A program made the position numbers and the translations under genes. Below the pieces are notes generated by a model. That model saw nothing but the letters and a program-made list of their open reading frames with translations. It did no database searches and had not been told where the DNA came from. Of a stretch of DNA of 64,000 nt, positions 22,763 through 37,779 are shown piece by piece. Source of the DNA: Eledone cirrhosa (Eukaryota); NCBI GenBank assembly GCA_964016885.1, contig OZ024754.1, positions 42,470,001-42,534,000 on the forward strand, given 5' to 3'. Each line of letters starts with the position of its first letter. The stretch's first letter is position 1.

Positions 22763-25700
22763 AAATAGATATTATGTGAGATAATTATACAAGCCAACTT
22801 GGTGCCGATAGTGGTGAGTAGGAGGGTGGTTCTAGAGCCAAGGACACCAGAAGCCAATGGTGGTGAGCAGGGAGGTGGCCATAGGGTCAAAGACACCAGA
22901 AGTCTCCAGTTATCTGAAGTGTCAAGCCTCAAAATATGACAACTTGTCTAACTGATGCAAGCATAGAAATTAGACATAAGAGGTATTACACTCCAAACTG
23001 TCTGATGCCTGACACTAAACATTTCTTGATTCATAAGCTTCACAAATCTATGGAGACTTATTAACTATATCAGCTTTATAGACATTTTATGAAGCTGTTC
23101 TTTTCATCAATTTAATGTTTGTTTTGCTAAATCCATACAAATTTGTTATAATAGCAATCCAATGATGGAAGGACATTCTGAAAATATTCTCTTTAGCCCT
23201 AATACATACTTTATAAATTGTTAAACAAAAGCTTCTAAATAATCATGTCAAAAAGAAAATAGTAAAAACATTTTATTGTTTAACAGATCTAGAATGGCAA
23301 TGAAAGTGTGAGAAAATGCTGCTTTGAGAGTTCTCAACTGACTTGTTTCATATTCTTGTCCTAACCAAGTTAGAATCAATTGATAATTTAGAAAGAAGTG
23401 TCTATCTAGTGTCTATCCAATGGAATGTCTTATTATTATTACATGGTGGAGGAGAAAGGAGATTAATAACTGTCAGTTCAAACGGACTAACTATGTGACC
23501 TTAAGAAAAAGCACGTTTTTTGGCTTAAGGTCAGCCTTATTTAAAGTTTCCACTAGATTCTGGGTGAGTTTATTATAGTTTCATTTGGATCATATTTAAT
23601 AACATTAAACATTTACTGCTGCTTTTGGTCAGGATACAAGGCTCAAAATTAATTATTCAGTGAGTGAGTGTGTGTCTGTGCGTGAGTAAGTGAGTGTGTG
23701 AGAGTGTGCAAGTGTGTATGAATGTATTTCCCAAAAAAGAAGAAGTAGACTTAATCTGTTGCTCAATTTAACACTACCATTTGGCCCTGGGGTGGCTTTA
23801 GTGAAGAACATTCAGACAGGATCTCAGATTTGAGGGTACCATCGTCTGTACCTCCCACTAAGATAGTGAAAGGGTTAAATAACAATAATATACATATGTA
23901 CTTAGGTTCCATCAATTATCTGTAAAGATATGAATGCTGCAAATGCTTTACTCTTTGTCAATAAATGTATGTAAACACACATAAAATATATGTTTCAAAC
24001 ACACATAAAATATATGTTTCAAACACACATAAAATATAGACAGCTTGTCACAGTTGGTATATAGATGTATGTGAACACGCATAAAATCTAGATATAGTTT
24101 GTCACAGTTGGTATATGTGAACACACAGGAAATATAGATATAGTTTGTCACAGTTAAGAGTTAATGTTATGAATCATCATCATCATCATCATCATCATTT
24201 TAACATCCACTTTTTCTACACATGGGTTGTAACAAGATTTTTTGAGGCCATGTCTTCTTTGGCTAGAGGCATTTCTTGACACCAAATCATACCTTATTTT
24301 AAGTATGGTGATGTTTTGTGGTGACCACACACACACACATGCATCTTCACAGTTTCCATCAACCAAATTCACTCACAAAGAATTGATCAGTAGTTAATGA
24401 AAATTCATATTTGAGTAGAATGGAAAAAATTAAACATTAATTTTATTAGCAAATGAAACGTCTAATAATTCTTTCTTCTTATCAAATGCTCTGCTATATC
24501 AATGGGGGGGGACGACGACGACAGACAGTCCACAAATTCCTGTATGAGGTGACAGAGTAATAAATTAATTGTTTACTTTAAGAAACTAATTAGTGCGAGG
24601 CCAAGAGAAATTGGTAGCATAGTATCTAGGATATAAACAGAAATTTATGGAACAGCTGACTGTGATTAAGAGAATGTTAAGATTTCACAGTGCTTGTCTA
24701 ATCATGACATGCGTTTGTGGTTCTTCTCCACATATTCAATTACCTACACATAATGGTGTTGTTGTTGAGAAGGGGTACTCTATACAAAAGGTAGGCTACT
24801 TCATACCTTTGTTCCAAGTTTGATGTGTTGCAGTGCAGCTTGAATTATGAAATTAACTCTTAACATCTTGTACCACATGAAACTACATTAGCAAAACATT
24901 CTCAAAAGTAGAAACTTGCACTGTGACTGCATAACATTCAATATTTATACTCTACAGTCTTTATACTCTACAGTACTATGACATAACATTCAATATTAAA
25001 GTCTTTATACTCTACAGGACTGACTACATAACATTCATTATTTAACTTCCAGTTAAATGTGCCATCATAGACCTAGTCAGTACTTAACTGAAATTACTGT
25101 CATCCCAGACAGGTTGGAGGTCGCATTTTACTTACATACATCTTCATTATGGCATTGTTTCTACAGCTGGATGCCTTTCCTAATACCAACCATTTTACAG
25201 AGAGTACTGGATGTATTTTATCATGACACTGGCACTATGGGGGTTGTCATATCCCTGATACAGTTGAAGAGACCCCCCCCTCAACCCTATCTTTGGTATG
25301 TTTTCTACAGCTAGAGACCCAAGAACACTGGCTGTAATATATCATGACATCAGCACCATTATCTTCTGGTAATCTCTATTTACAACTATAGCTTATGTAC
25401 AACTATGTCACATCTTTCACATGTCACACATTTCTGGAACATTGTTTTCACATTACAAACTCTAGGTTGTTTCCTGTTAATAATTCTTTCTTTCTTTATG
25501 TATTTATTTGTTTCCTTTTCATAAAACAAATAACAATTATGATTTATTTTGGTTATTTTATAAAAATAACCACAGTCAAATGAATTGGGCCAAGTATTTT
25601 CTCCTGTCACAACACTCAAACTGTGGAATTCAAGCATTGCAGATAGAAATGATATTTCCATATTACAGTTGGTATATGGCAGTGTGGTTAAACAATTTAT

Positions 25701-25773
25701 TATAGCTCTGGGTCAGCCAATGCTGTGTGAGTGAATCTGGTAGGCAGAAACTTAAGGAAGGCTGCTCTATACA

Positions 25774-26030
<257 letters not shown>

Positions 26031-27195
26031 GCAAGATATCTTGAGCGGTTGACCAGTGCCTAGTAAGTGAATTTTGTAGGAAGAAGCTATATCCTCCATA
26101 AACAATACATCCAGTAGTGTAGCAGTTCATGACCATTTAATGGTATATACCATGTTAAAAATAATATAGTTGGCACTAGGAAGGGCATCCAGCCATAGGG
26201 AACCTGCCAGAAAAGTCTCCCCACCATGTTTGAAATAGTATAGGAGTTGGCACTAGGAAGCCATAGAAAATCTGCCAGAAAAGTCTTCTAACCCATGCCA
26301 GCATGGAAAAAGAGACAAAATTATGATATTGATAAGCTTATGAGATAAAAACATTATTAGTGCACCACAAATAATTTAAGATAATACATTTTGTTCTGGT
26401 GAGAAAGATGTATATAAACTGACCTCATCAAAATATTGTTTTATTGCCTTTCACCTCATCTTACAGGATTGAACTCTTAGTCTGAGATACTGAACTCGAT
26501 ACTTGTGAAACCTCAGTTTCATATCCTTTACATCTCCATGACAACAATAGCAACAGATATATTAACATCTCAATCAATATTATAATGGCCTTGATTTGTC
26601 AAAACAATTTTGATTTGTGTGCATGGTGTGGGGCAAGGTTGGAATATTGCTAGGCACTCAGATTTTAACAAGAGATATTTCAGAAACATATCTTTAACAT
26701 TCCCTGGCAGCCAAGTCCCTATACATGTGACTCAGAAACAAAACAATACATATGGAAATATCCCTGAAATTTAGGAGCTGTGACTCAACAACACCACATC
26801 ACTACTTTAAAAGCAATTCTCTTCAGCATGCAATCATATTCTAAAGATAGCTGATTCAGATTCTCTTAAAAACTGAATACTAAAGTCTCTAAGCTTTAAA
26901 ACTACACTATGTAATTTTAATTACCCATAAAAAACATGCTTAATAAGTGTGTTACTGCAATTTATTTCATAAAACATTTATAACCATAAATTAAAAGATT
27001 GTCTCTGCAAATCTATCCACATGAATTAATAGCAACAACAATACAAAAAAAAAAAAAAAAGACCCCCCCCCCGAAATTTTACTTGTTGATGGATAGGAAT
27101 GGAATAGATCAGCTCGTGATATTAATGTACAAGTGGCAGGGCATTCTACAGATATATAGTACCTTTAATATAATTCTCAGGGAGATTTGACATGA

Positions 27196-27232
<37 letters not shown>

Positions 27233-27714
27233 ACAAGGCAGGGATATTTGTGTTTCAAAGTAACACCCACCCATCCAGACAGAGGGCTTCCAGACAGTTT
27301 CTGTCTACCTAAATTTCACACTCAAAGCTTGAGTCAACCGAAGGTTATGGTAAAAGACAGAGATAGTTGCTCACTCAAGATGCTACACTGTGGGATTGAA
27401 CCTAAGACCTTAGGATTGAGAAGCAAACATCTTAAACATTCACCTATGCTGTGTCTATTTGATAGTAAACATACAACCACAACAAAGGTTGTAGTTAAGC
27501 AGGTAGTTTCTGGTCTAAAAATAAAGGTAATTTCTATACTATAAGTATAGATGCAGTAATAATGATGGAACTGATAGCCATTCATATTAAATGATGGAGA
27601 AATTAATGAGGTTTTAACACGAAAGAAATCTCTGCATAAGAGCAGGTATGACTGTGGTTAATGACTGCATAGGTACAGGTGTGACTGTGGTTAACGACTG
27701 CATAGGTACAGGTG

Positions 27715-28050
27715 TGACTGTGTAGTTAACGAGTTTACTTTCCAGCCACATACTCTTAGGTATTGTTCCACTGTGTGACACCTTAGACAAGTGTCTACTA
27801 GAACTTTTCACTGACCAATGCCTTGTAAGCAAAGGTTGGTAAACAAAAACTGTATAGAAACTCAGTGTGTGTGTGTGTGTGTGTGTGTTTGTTTGTTTAT
27901 GTCCTGTAACTTAGCAGTTTAATAAACAGACAGTGATAAAATAAGTACAAGACTATTAAAAAAAAAGCTCTGGGTTGATATGATTGACTAAATCCATTCA
28001 AAGTGGTGCCCCAGCATGGCCACAGCCTAATGACTGAGACCAGTAAAATA
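27715..28050 (+). mobile_element. SINE family B (tRNA-like head, internal (GT)n, 3' gtgccccagcatggccacag tail)
   Basis: tgtgtagttaa.gagtttacttt.cagccacat...gacaccttagacaagtgtct...gaccaatgccttgtaag...(gt)n...gataaaataagtac...gtggtgccccagcatggccacagcctaatgactga. Related copies at 10405-10540, 27290-27430(-), 45695-45830. Confidence 0.75.
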
Positions 28051-28673
28051 GTAACACATAAGTTCAAATGTGACTGAAAAATAATTAGTTTTATGAATTT
28101 CATTCATTAAACCAGCAAGTAATTATAATTATTTCTACTTTTGGCACAAGGTCAACATGTAATTATGTTAATGAGAGATGTAGGAGTTTATTACTGAATC
28201 AATCAAATATTTGATTCATTAAACCTTTTATCATCGACTGAAACCAATTCTTGGTTCTATCATACAGACATATTTATTTTAAAGTGGATTATATTTCTCT
28301 AAAACCTCTTCATCATAATTTTATGTAAGAACCTTTATTAAGTTAAGTTCCAAAATGTTTATTATACTATTAAATCTCTCCAATTTTATTAATATTTCCA
28401 AAATTATTTAAAAAACATCAGCAGAGTTCTTCATTGAAAAAATGGAAATGAAAGGGTCAAATTTAAAGCAAGCAGTATAATGTTTTATTAGAACCTATGT
28501 TAAGTTATGTTCCAAAGTCTAATGAAAAAGTCATATTACTAAATATCTCCATATTTATATTATTCTTAAAATTGAATATCATTAGCAGTGTCTTTCGTTA
28601 GAAATAAGTTAACAAAAGGTTAAAATATCAAAAGAAATGTGAAATAATATGATTTCATTGAAGTTTTTCTTAC

Positions 28674-28779
28674 CAAGTAATAAGCTTTGATGTTTTTTAT
28701 TAAATTATCCCAGTTTTGAATTCTTGCATTCACATCACTGATGTTGGTGTTTACTTTGCTGTAAACTGTCTGGGGGTCA
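28674..28779 (-). CDS. CCDC88: CCDC88-like coding exon (probable exon 3), 106 nt, phase 2 to 0
   Basis: tttattttcag|TGACCCC...TATTACTTG|gtaaga; DPQTVYSKVNTNISDVNARIQNWDNLIKNIKAYYL (HOOK-domain R..N...L...IK.YY motif). Confidence 0.92.
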
Positions 28780-29362
28780 CTGAAAATAAAGAAGTGATGG
28801 GAAAAATATAGAAATGTCCAAACGTAAAAGAGAAGGATAAACATTTTTTTAAATATATTATTTTAATTAAAGCATCATCATCCTGTCTACTCACCATGCT
28901 AGTATGGGTTGAATAGGTCACCACAGTCCAAGAGAAAACAATTAGATAATATCACCTTGCTAATGCATTCCATATTTTGGTGTCGTATCTACAGCTGGAT
29001 GCTATTCCTAATGCCAATGACTTTATAGAGTGTACACAGTGTATTTTATTGTGGCACCAGCACCATTATGTTATAGAGGGTACTAGGTGCATTTTACCAT
29101 GTCACCAGCACTCCCACTTAAAAGAATGTACTAGATGCATTTTATGGTGAGCTCACTAATGCTGGTGTCACAATAAAATGCACTCAGTACACTTTGTAAA
29201 GTGATGGCCATTAAGAAGGGCATCTAGCTATAAAAACCATGTCAGATATAAAATGAATGAACAAGATGTCTTTCCTTGACCTATCTAGGCTAAGACAGTG
29301 GCAACCTATCCAACCCATGTCGGCATGGAAAACAGATGAATTGATGACGCTTGCACACACCT

Positions 29363-29411
<49 letters not shown>

Positions 29412-29976
29412 CTCATATGTCGATGTATGAAAGAGTTCATTATATATATATATATATAATTTTCTTAGTTGAAAAACATAGACCAAGTTTAATGTAGAGA
29501 ATATATTTTTATTAGTATTTCAGCTGTCAGCTCCTGGTTTCTAAAATAATATATAACGAATTCGTTGTTGAGTTGAAAAAACTATGATATAAATAGGGAA
29601 ATGAAATTCTTGAAAAAAAAAAAAAAAAAAAATTATAATTCTTGAATTCATCATCATTATATGAATTATAAAATAAAAAAAGAAAAGGAACTAAATCTGA
29701 AATATAAGTGTTAATAAGTTGTGATAAGGAAAAATAGGATATGATAAGGAATAAAATAAATCTACCATAGAAGCAAAACTTGATATCTGGTGTACAAGTT
29801 AGCTGCTGACATATATGGTATTGTAAGGTAGCTGAAGGTGTTTAAACCATGTAAACTTCTCACATAACATATTACCTAAACAATATCATAGTTGAAAGGT
29901 AACGGTAATTCCTTTCTTGTCTAACATTTCAAAATCAGATGTTCAGAATGAAATCTGACTTAGGCAAACCATTTAA

Positions 29977-30239
29977 CCCTTTCATGATGGTATTTCTAAT
30001 TAAATACATTCTATTTTAATCAATTAATGAAGAATTTTGAAGTATTTATTAATATTATTTATCATTTCATTACAAAGTAACATAACTTATGGTTATTATA
30101 TAAAATTATAATTTATCTAGGAACTCTTTAAAACAGGAGGGATGTTTTCATAGAACCCGAGCCAGTTTTCGCAGGATTGGTATGGGTGGCTTTGTTTCAT
30201 AGAATAAAGGCCAGTTTTTCAGGGTTGGCATTAAAAGGG
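29977..30239. mobile_element. TTAA-flanked MITE (piggyBac-type family B)
   Basis: TTAA|CCCTTT...AAAGGG|TTAA; related fragments near 14700-14930, 16070-16460, 35170-35390, 45466-45680, 49460-49600, 51725-51920, 54935-55070, 58210-58690. Confidence 0.7.
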
Positions 30240-31986
30240 TTAAGAAATTTATAAATAGTTTAGTATCTTTAAAATTTTATATACTGTGAAACAGTAATAG
30301 TGTTTTGAAGTCAAAAACGAAAAAAAAAAAAATCTAAAATCTTAAAATAATAATTTAAGTAATTAGAATAGGATTAAATAATATTGAAAAAGAAAAAAAA
30401 CGTTTTTATCAGTAAATATTTGAAGAATCCAGCCAGAATTCTCTCATCTTTCTCTTCAAACTGGCTGTAACTGACCACTCATACTGATGTTAAGGTATTG
30501 TTCTCAAAATAAATATCAAAATCTCATAAATTTGATATGTGAGATAATTATGTAAAGGTAAAGCCTTTACCATGAATATATAATAGTAAATATAGAGTAA
30601 TGGGTTAATTCTAGATAAAAGAACTGTATTATTGGATTATAATTATACTTCAAACCATTTACATTAAACTATTAAAACCTTGTATGAAAATGTAGTTCTA
30701 ATATCTTAGACAAATCATTTTATTTCTTTCACCAACAGTGCAGTCATAGTTATGAGGTTTAACACCCCCCCCCCACCTGGTCCTTGGGTGCTTTTAACTT
30801 GGGTGGCAGATTTAACCTATTACCTAATCAAACACCATCTCCTGGCATTTGGGTGTTTTAAGCTTAGATGATAGACTTATCCACATGGTTTAACACCACT
30901 AACTGGCCTTGGATGCCTTCAGACCAGGTCTCTGAGACCCCGGAAAGGGTCAAAGGCATTGCTTTTACCTCCTTGACTAATCAGTAAACAAAAAGAACAG
31001 TTCAGGGTTCAACCCCATTGTATGGCACTTAGGGCAAAGTGTTCCTGTAACCACATATTGACCAATACCTTCAGAGTGAAAGCCTGTTGTATATTCGTGT
31101 TTGTATGTGTGTGTATGTGTATGTATATCTATGTGTATAGATATGTGTGTATGTGTATATCTATGTGTGTATGTATATCTATGTGTATATATCCCTCCAG
31201 TGTATATCAGTAAAGGTTGTAAACATTGAAAAGCACTCATTATTCAGTTTTCTTGCCAAACAAAATTCCTTTAGGTATTGGTTCTACACAAAATTACACA
31301 CACTCCCTAAAGACTGTCTCTGTGAGAAATGCAGTGAACCAGTTATTAGTTCATTGTCAACCATTATCTAATATTGATATTTGTCACTAATTACAATATA
31401 AATAAATATAAAACATGCAACTAAATCAAATAAAAATACAATTAAAAAGATCCCCCCCCCCAAAAAAAAAACATTGCATCTATTGAAGAAACATCTATGG
31501 AATTACCATTAACAAAGAGTAGCCCATGCTCAAGGCATAACAGTCTTTTCACTTCTAAATTCCAAACATAACATTCCTTTGAGACAAAACTATTTTCACT
31601 ACTTGCTACTCATATTTTGTAAATGGCTCGTGTGACTCAGTCTTATCAGTTGCCGTTTGATTATAATTAAAAAAAATAATTTGATATTTCCTCGTAGCAC
31701 AGTTTGTTTAAAAGTAACAATTAAACTGAAATGTTCTCTTGTTAATACAGCTTTCTCCTCATACAAGTGTTTTGTCAGCATAAATTAGCTATAACAATGA
31801 ATGAACAGCAGAACATGGATTATAAAAAGGAACATTTCTGCAGACACATGTTAGCTATTACACAATTCTACCCCTAACTTTTTGAGTGGCAGCATGTGTA
31901 TAATTCTTAACCTTTTCATACCAAAATGCCAGAAGCTACACCCTGATTTTTCCATACAAAACTTTTAATTTTAAAGTGTTTTCATT

Positions 31987-32173
31987 TATGTGGGTAAACT
32001 GAAAAATTCTTAGGCTGACTATGAAGGAGTGATGCTAGAGCTGTGAAATCTTGCATGCATTAATTTCAACTTTTCTTATTAATCAACAGGGACTATGTTG
32101 AAAAATAAACCTCATTTGGTTATTCCATGAGAGTATCTTAATCAGCCTACGAACTTATCAGCTGACCCTCATA
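31987..32173 (+). mobile_element. Internally deleted mariner MITE (same family as 19154-19675 and 63865-63952)
   Basis: Left part matches 63865-63952 (taggctgactatgaag...aaatcttgcatgcattaatttcaact); right part matches 19590-19675 (tatgttgaaaaataaacctcatttggt...gaccctcata). Confidence 0.85.
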
Positions 32174-32198
32174 ACCTTCCATCCTAATTTTATGTAAA

Positions 32199-32396
32199 AC
32201 ATTTAAACCGGTCATATCCGGCCAGAATTCTCTCAACTCTTTCTGTTCAAACTGGCTGTAACTGGCCACTCATACTGATGTTAAGGTATTGTTCTCAAAA
32301 TAAATATCAAAATCTCATAGATTCGATATTATGTGTGATAAAGCCTTTACTGTGAAAATACAATAGTAAATATAGAATAATGGAAATGCTAAAAGG
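32199..32396 (+). mobile_element. piggyBac-type MITE, family A (left end clipped)
   Basis: catttaaaccggtcatatccggccagaattctctc...aaatgctaaaagg|TTAA. Confidence 0.85.
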
Positions 32397-34941
32397 TTAA
32401 GTTATGTTCTGAACAACTTAATAAGTTAGTTATGAAAGGCAAAATTAACCTTGGAAGGATTTGAACTCAGAACGTAAAGGACCACAACTCTATGCCACAA
32501 AGCATGTTGTTTGACATTCTAGCGATACTGCCAATTAGTATATTATAATAAAAAGTATTGAGGTGTTCCACTGATTCTATGCTACAGTTAATTAAGAGCT
32601 CCATAACCACATCAATTGAATATCCTCATCTTACTCCCAATTCTTCAGTTTTCAGTAGCAGAATGATAATTCTTTTTGGCAGAGGCATCGAAAGAAGAAA
32701 TGAAACAAAAAAAAAAATCTGACTTTTGGCAATGGTGATAATTTTACAATAAAGAAAAGCATCGTTATTCTCAAAAGTATTTTACTTTTGAAAAAAGTAT
32801 ATTTCCAGACAAACTAAATGTTTCAATAATTTTCAAAACCTACCCCACCCTCATCAAAAGCTTATTTTAGTTCACATAAGTAATGGTAAAGGAAAATATA
32901 GCTCTGTTGGTTTCGACAATGAGTCTTCCGGCTGTACACTCAATGGAATGGTCTATTCATGAAATTAACATGCAAATGATAGAACATTCCACAGACATGA
33001 GTAGTCTTAACATAATTCTGAGGCAGATTCAGGCACATGACAAGACTGGCCTTTTGGTTTAAACCAAATAGATTTGTATTGCAGAACTAGGGTTGGTTAC
33101 AGACAGTTTGGGATCAATAGCATTAAGGCTTTTAGGCCATTATCCTTAGAAATTATCCTAAACCAGCACATAACATATTCTAGCAAGAAAGTCATCTGTT
33201 GGATTGTCTGTGATGATTTAAGCCTGTAAAATACATTGATTTCAAGAGACAGGGATTAGAGGGACCATAATTTATCACTGAGAAGAAAGCCTAAAGCTTA
33301 ATGGGCCTTTTTTTGCAAAGGCAGAAAGGTAAAGTTTTGATGTTTAGCTTTTATGAAAACCATCAGCAATGTGAATAATGTGAACCAGCTTTCATTGAAA
33401 ATCAAAACCGAGACAGATTTGATTCGTCATGAAAATAAAACTAATAATAATAATAATAATTCAAAAGAAAAGGGGCAAAGGCTAACTATATTTGCAGAGC
33501 AACGGCAGCAGCAGCAGTAGGAGTAAGAGTAGCAGTTCTGCATCACTGCCCAACCTGGCTTACTTGATACATAATCATAATCATCATCATCACCTGCAGT
33601 AGCAAACAGTAGTTTTCTAAATATGCTATCCGCATAATGGATAATAATGATATGTCTTCTAAGAAGCTAACATGTGAGGATATAATTTTCCTAAATAAAG
33701 ATCTGAGATCATACTGAAACCAAAAGAAAAACCTGCTCAGATGTCTTAATACTTTTATTACACATCATTTGGAAGATGAAAGAAAACATTGAAATGGAGA
33801 AACATTACAAGAGAAATCCCAAAACTTCACATTTGCTTTGTTCCACGAATGGATTATATAAACAAAGGTAGAAAGAGCAGTTCTAAATATTTAGCAAATG
33901 AATAACAAAGTATAGCCATTTTCTTTCCTATGTATATACAGTATATACATATACACACACATACATATATACACACACACTTTCATATATATACACATAC
34001 ATATATGTATATATACATATACACATATACACACACACTTTCATATATATATATACACATACATATATGTATATATACATATACACACATATACATATAT
34101 ACACACACACTTTCATATATATATATATATACACATACATATATGTATATATACATATACACATATATATATACACATATACACATATATATATACACAT
34201 ACATATATACATACACATACATATATACACATGTATATAAACATATACACATGCACACATATACATACATAGATATACACATACATATGTGTATATATAC
34301 ATATACACACATATATACACATACATATATACACATGTATATAAACATATACACATGCACACACATACATACATAGATACTTGCATACACACATATATAT
34401 ATACACACACACATACACACATAGATACATATATACACATATATGTATACACACACGCACACACATATATATATATACACACACACACACATACATAGAT
34501 ACATATATACACACACATATATATACACAAATATATACACATACACACATACACACACACATACATACATATACATGTGACCAATCCATAGCTTGTTTTT
34601 CAGAACAAGAGATCCGATGCTGTAACAGTGAGTTCTCTCAAGAACCTTAGTGTCACGTGATATCTCCAGGTAATTCCAGCAACCCTTCTCAGACTCATTT
34701 TGTGAAACCTTTCAAGTTGTTTGTAGCAATTGCCTGTAAGTTATCTATATTTCACAAGCTTACAGTAATGATGTGAGAACACATGCACTGTACACCTTTA
34801 CTTCTGTTTGAAGTAAGACCCCATGTTGGGATCTTTAGCGCCTGCCTCCCCACCCCCATATATAAGTATATATCTATTTATTTATACATACATACATACA
34901 TACATACATACATACATACAGATTTAAGAAAATCTTATTAA

Positions 34942-35155
34942 TGCTTTAGCATTTAAACCGGCCACATCCGGCCAGAATTCTCTCACCCCTTTCTCATGAA
35001 ACCAACTATAACCGGCCGCTCATGTTTAGGTATTGTTATCAAAATAAATAATATCAAAATCTTTATATATCCAATATTATGTGAGAATTATGAGAGGTAA
35101 AGCCTTTACCATGAAAATATAATAGTAAATATAGAGTAATGTAAATGGTAAAGGG
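34942..35155 (+). mobile_element. piggyBac-type MITE, family A
   Basis: TTAA..ctttagcatttaaaccggcc...gtaaatggtaaaggg|TTAA. Confidence 0.85.
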
Positions 35156-35479
35156 TTAAATACTTTCTTTAACCCATTTGATAGTAAACCTCCTGAAACT
35201 AGTCCTGGTGTTATACAATACAAAACTTTATATTTATCTAAAAAACTTTCCATCATAATTTCTGTAGGCAAATTTATTCTTCCAACACTAACATAATGAT
35301 GAAAATGTTAGCAATTTTACTAAATCCCTCTAAATTCATCATTATTTGAAAATCATTGACAGTGTTTCCTTAGAAACATGGCAACCAGTTAAACACATAA
35401 GCTACATAGCAACTAGAACTTATCTCGGATAATTAATTTATATTTGAAAATATCTAGAATACCAAGGAATGTACTATAT

Positions 35480-35825
35480 CTTCTTTGCCCACTTATTCCT
35501 GAGAGAGTCATGGGAGCAAAGACCTCAAACATGCCTTCCAGTGGGCCCTGTCAGAAGAAACTCTCTCAAATTGATTAGGCTGGATCTTCAAGCAAAACCA
35601 GCCAAGCTCATGGATGTTATCCAACCATCTTACTTAGTCTACCCCTGGGTGTCCTGCCAGTTGGTTTTACCTGTAAAACCTGTCCAGTGATTCTATCCTT
35701 AGATATTCTAATCACATGTCTGTAGTATCAGAACTGTGATCTCTCAATTTGGAGAAGTAGTGGCTCTATCTGGAACAACTTTCAGATCTCCAAGCTACAC
35801 ACTTTTTTGAGAAATGCTACTCCAA
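35480..35825 (-). mobile_element. RTE (Expander-like) LINE 3' fragment
   Basis: Minus strand reads IEPLLLQIERSQF*YYRHVIRISKDRITGQVLQVKPTGRTPRGRL, a decayed RTE C-terminus. Confidence 0.75.
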
Positions 35826-37504
35826 AGTGATGATGATGATGATGATCGTGTTGATGACGGTGGTGATGATGATATGAGCAAGATATGGTTCTCTGATCTG
35901 CCCAACCCAAACCAACACGAATAATGGAGGTTAAATGCTGCTGCTGATGATGATTTACTATATATAAAATGTACTATAATACCAGTAGGGTTAAATCAGT
36001 TTTATAACCTCTCATACACATCTACTAAACACATATTCAGTGTTTGTTGACCTAAAGTATTTATCAGTAACTGGCATATCCAGTTTCTCAGACGATATGA
36101 ATAGATGCTTTTTTTTTTGATTGATGAATATTTATTACATTAATGTTGATTTCAGGAAATTAAAAGAAAAAAAATAGGCCTTAATTGGTTTATGGTTTTT
36201 CTAGTGCATTTTTAACGTTCATATTAAAAAAAACATAATTTTCTGGTGTCACTAGCACTAAAATAATTCTATATCAGACCAATATCTTGTGAGTGAATTT
36301 GGTAGACGGAAACTGTAGGAAGGCTCTCTCATATATATATTTTCCCTTCTGTCATTTAAAAATCAAATAAGACATTGTTTTGACAGGAATATTATTTTTC
36401 TTATAGTTTAATGATAAGCACCACCACAATATCAAAACTTCACACAGGTGAAATAAAAAAAAAGATTAGTAGAAGAAAGGTATTGAAAAAATAACAACCA
36501 AAACCACACACACAGCAGCAAGCATTCTAAGTCCACTTTCCCTGCTAAAGCATGAGTTAGAGGTAGAATTATACTCATCATATTACAGGTAGACTCCATT
36601 TTGAAGCAATGTTTTATGGCCTGATGTCCTTCTTGATATTAACCCCGTTAGTAACTTCTTATGTCACACAAGAATATGGTGAACTTATTTTAACCATTTT
36701 AGTAACTTATGTCACACAAGGATATGGTGGACCTATTTTAACTAGATACACGCAGTAAAGAAAATATATGGATGAAATAAAAAAAAAGATTAGAAGAAAA
36801 AGAATATATATTAAAAAAAAAATAAAATCCACACACATCACACACCACCACAACAACAACAAAAATAACAATGTAATGATAAAAGTCAGTTTTTATAGTC
36901 TTTAAAGAAGACATTATATTGAGAAATGATAAGAGAACTTCATATAAAACTAAACTATCTTTACTAACTGGATAGACACTTTATTTCACATTGCTTTTTC
37001 TGCCAGGAGTTACAACTGGTAGAGAGTATCAGCAATGAAAAGACCAATGGAAACATTGTTTCCTCGGTCCGATTTGACGAGTTCCACCCCACATGGTGAG
37101 CAAATGAGGTCTGAGATCTTATCCATCAATTCCTTATTTTTTTCTTACTATATGTTTTAGTAAGAGATTTTCCTTATTGCTATTAAATACCCTAACAAGA
37201 ACCCCAGCTAAACCCTAGCCTAGTCACATATCATTGTCCCTAACTAAATACCAGTTGTACTAAATGAACCTTTATCTTATCAAATGTTGGACATCATGTT
37301 TTATTAATTGTTATTAAATAAGTTAATCTAACTAGAAACTGAGTTATTTTGTAAAAAAAAGGTTTGCTTTAACAAACGACAGTTAATACTAAACATCATC
37401 ATCATCGTTTAATGGCCATTTCTGTTAGATAACCAATAGTTATGGAGAATGCACTGCTTTGTTGAAACAAAGGTAAATTTTATTATAACTTTAACAGTCA
37501 TAAT

Positions 37505-37664
37505 TGTTTCTACTTTCAGCACAAGGCCAGCAATTATCCAGTACATTACTGGTACTTTATTTTATCGACCCCGTAAGGATGAAAGGCAAAGTTAACCTCG
37601 GCCGGATTTGAATTCAGATCGTAAAGGGACGTAACTGTCCGACCCTCTACCGATTCACCGCCCC
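37505..37664 (-). mobile_element. tRNA-derived SINE, family A, with 18-bp TSD
   Basis: aactttaacagtcataat at 37487-37504 and 37665-37682. Confidence 0.9.
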
Positions 37665-37779
37665 AACTTTAACAGTCATAATACAGTTATTTACATTTAC
37701 AAGATAAATATATTTAATTTATTAATCTTAACATTCTAGATAAGCTTTATTAACTACAAAACTATCTTAGACCTTGAAA

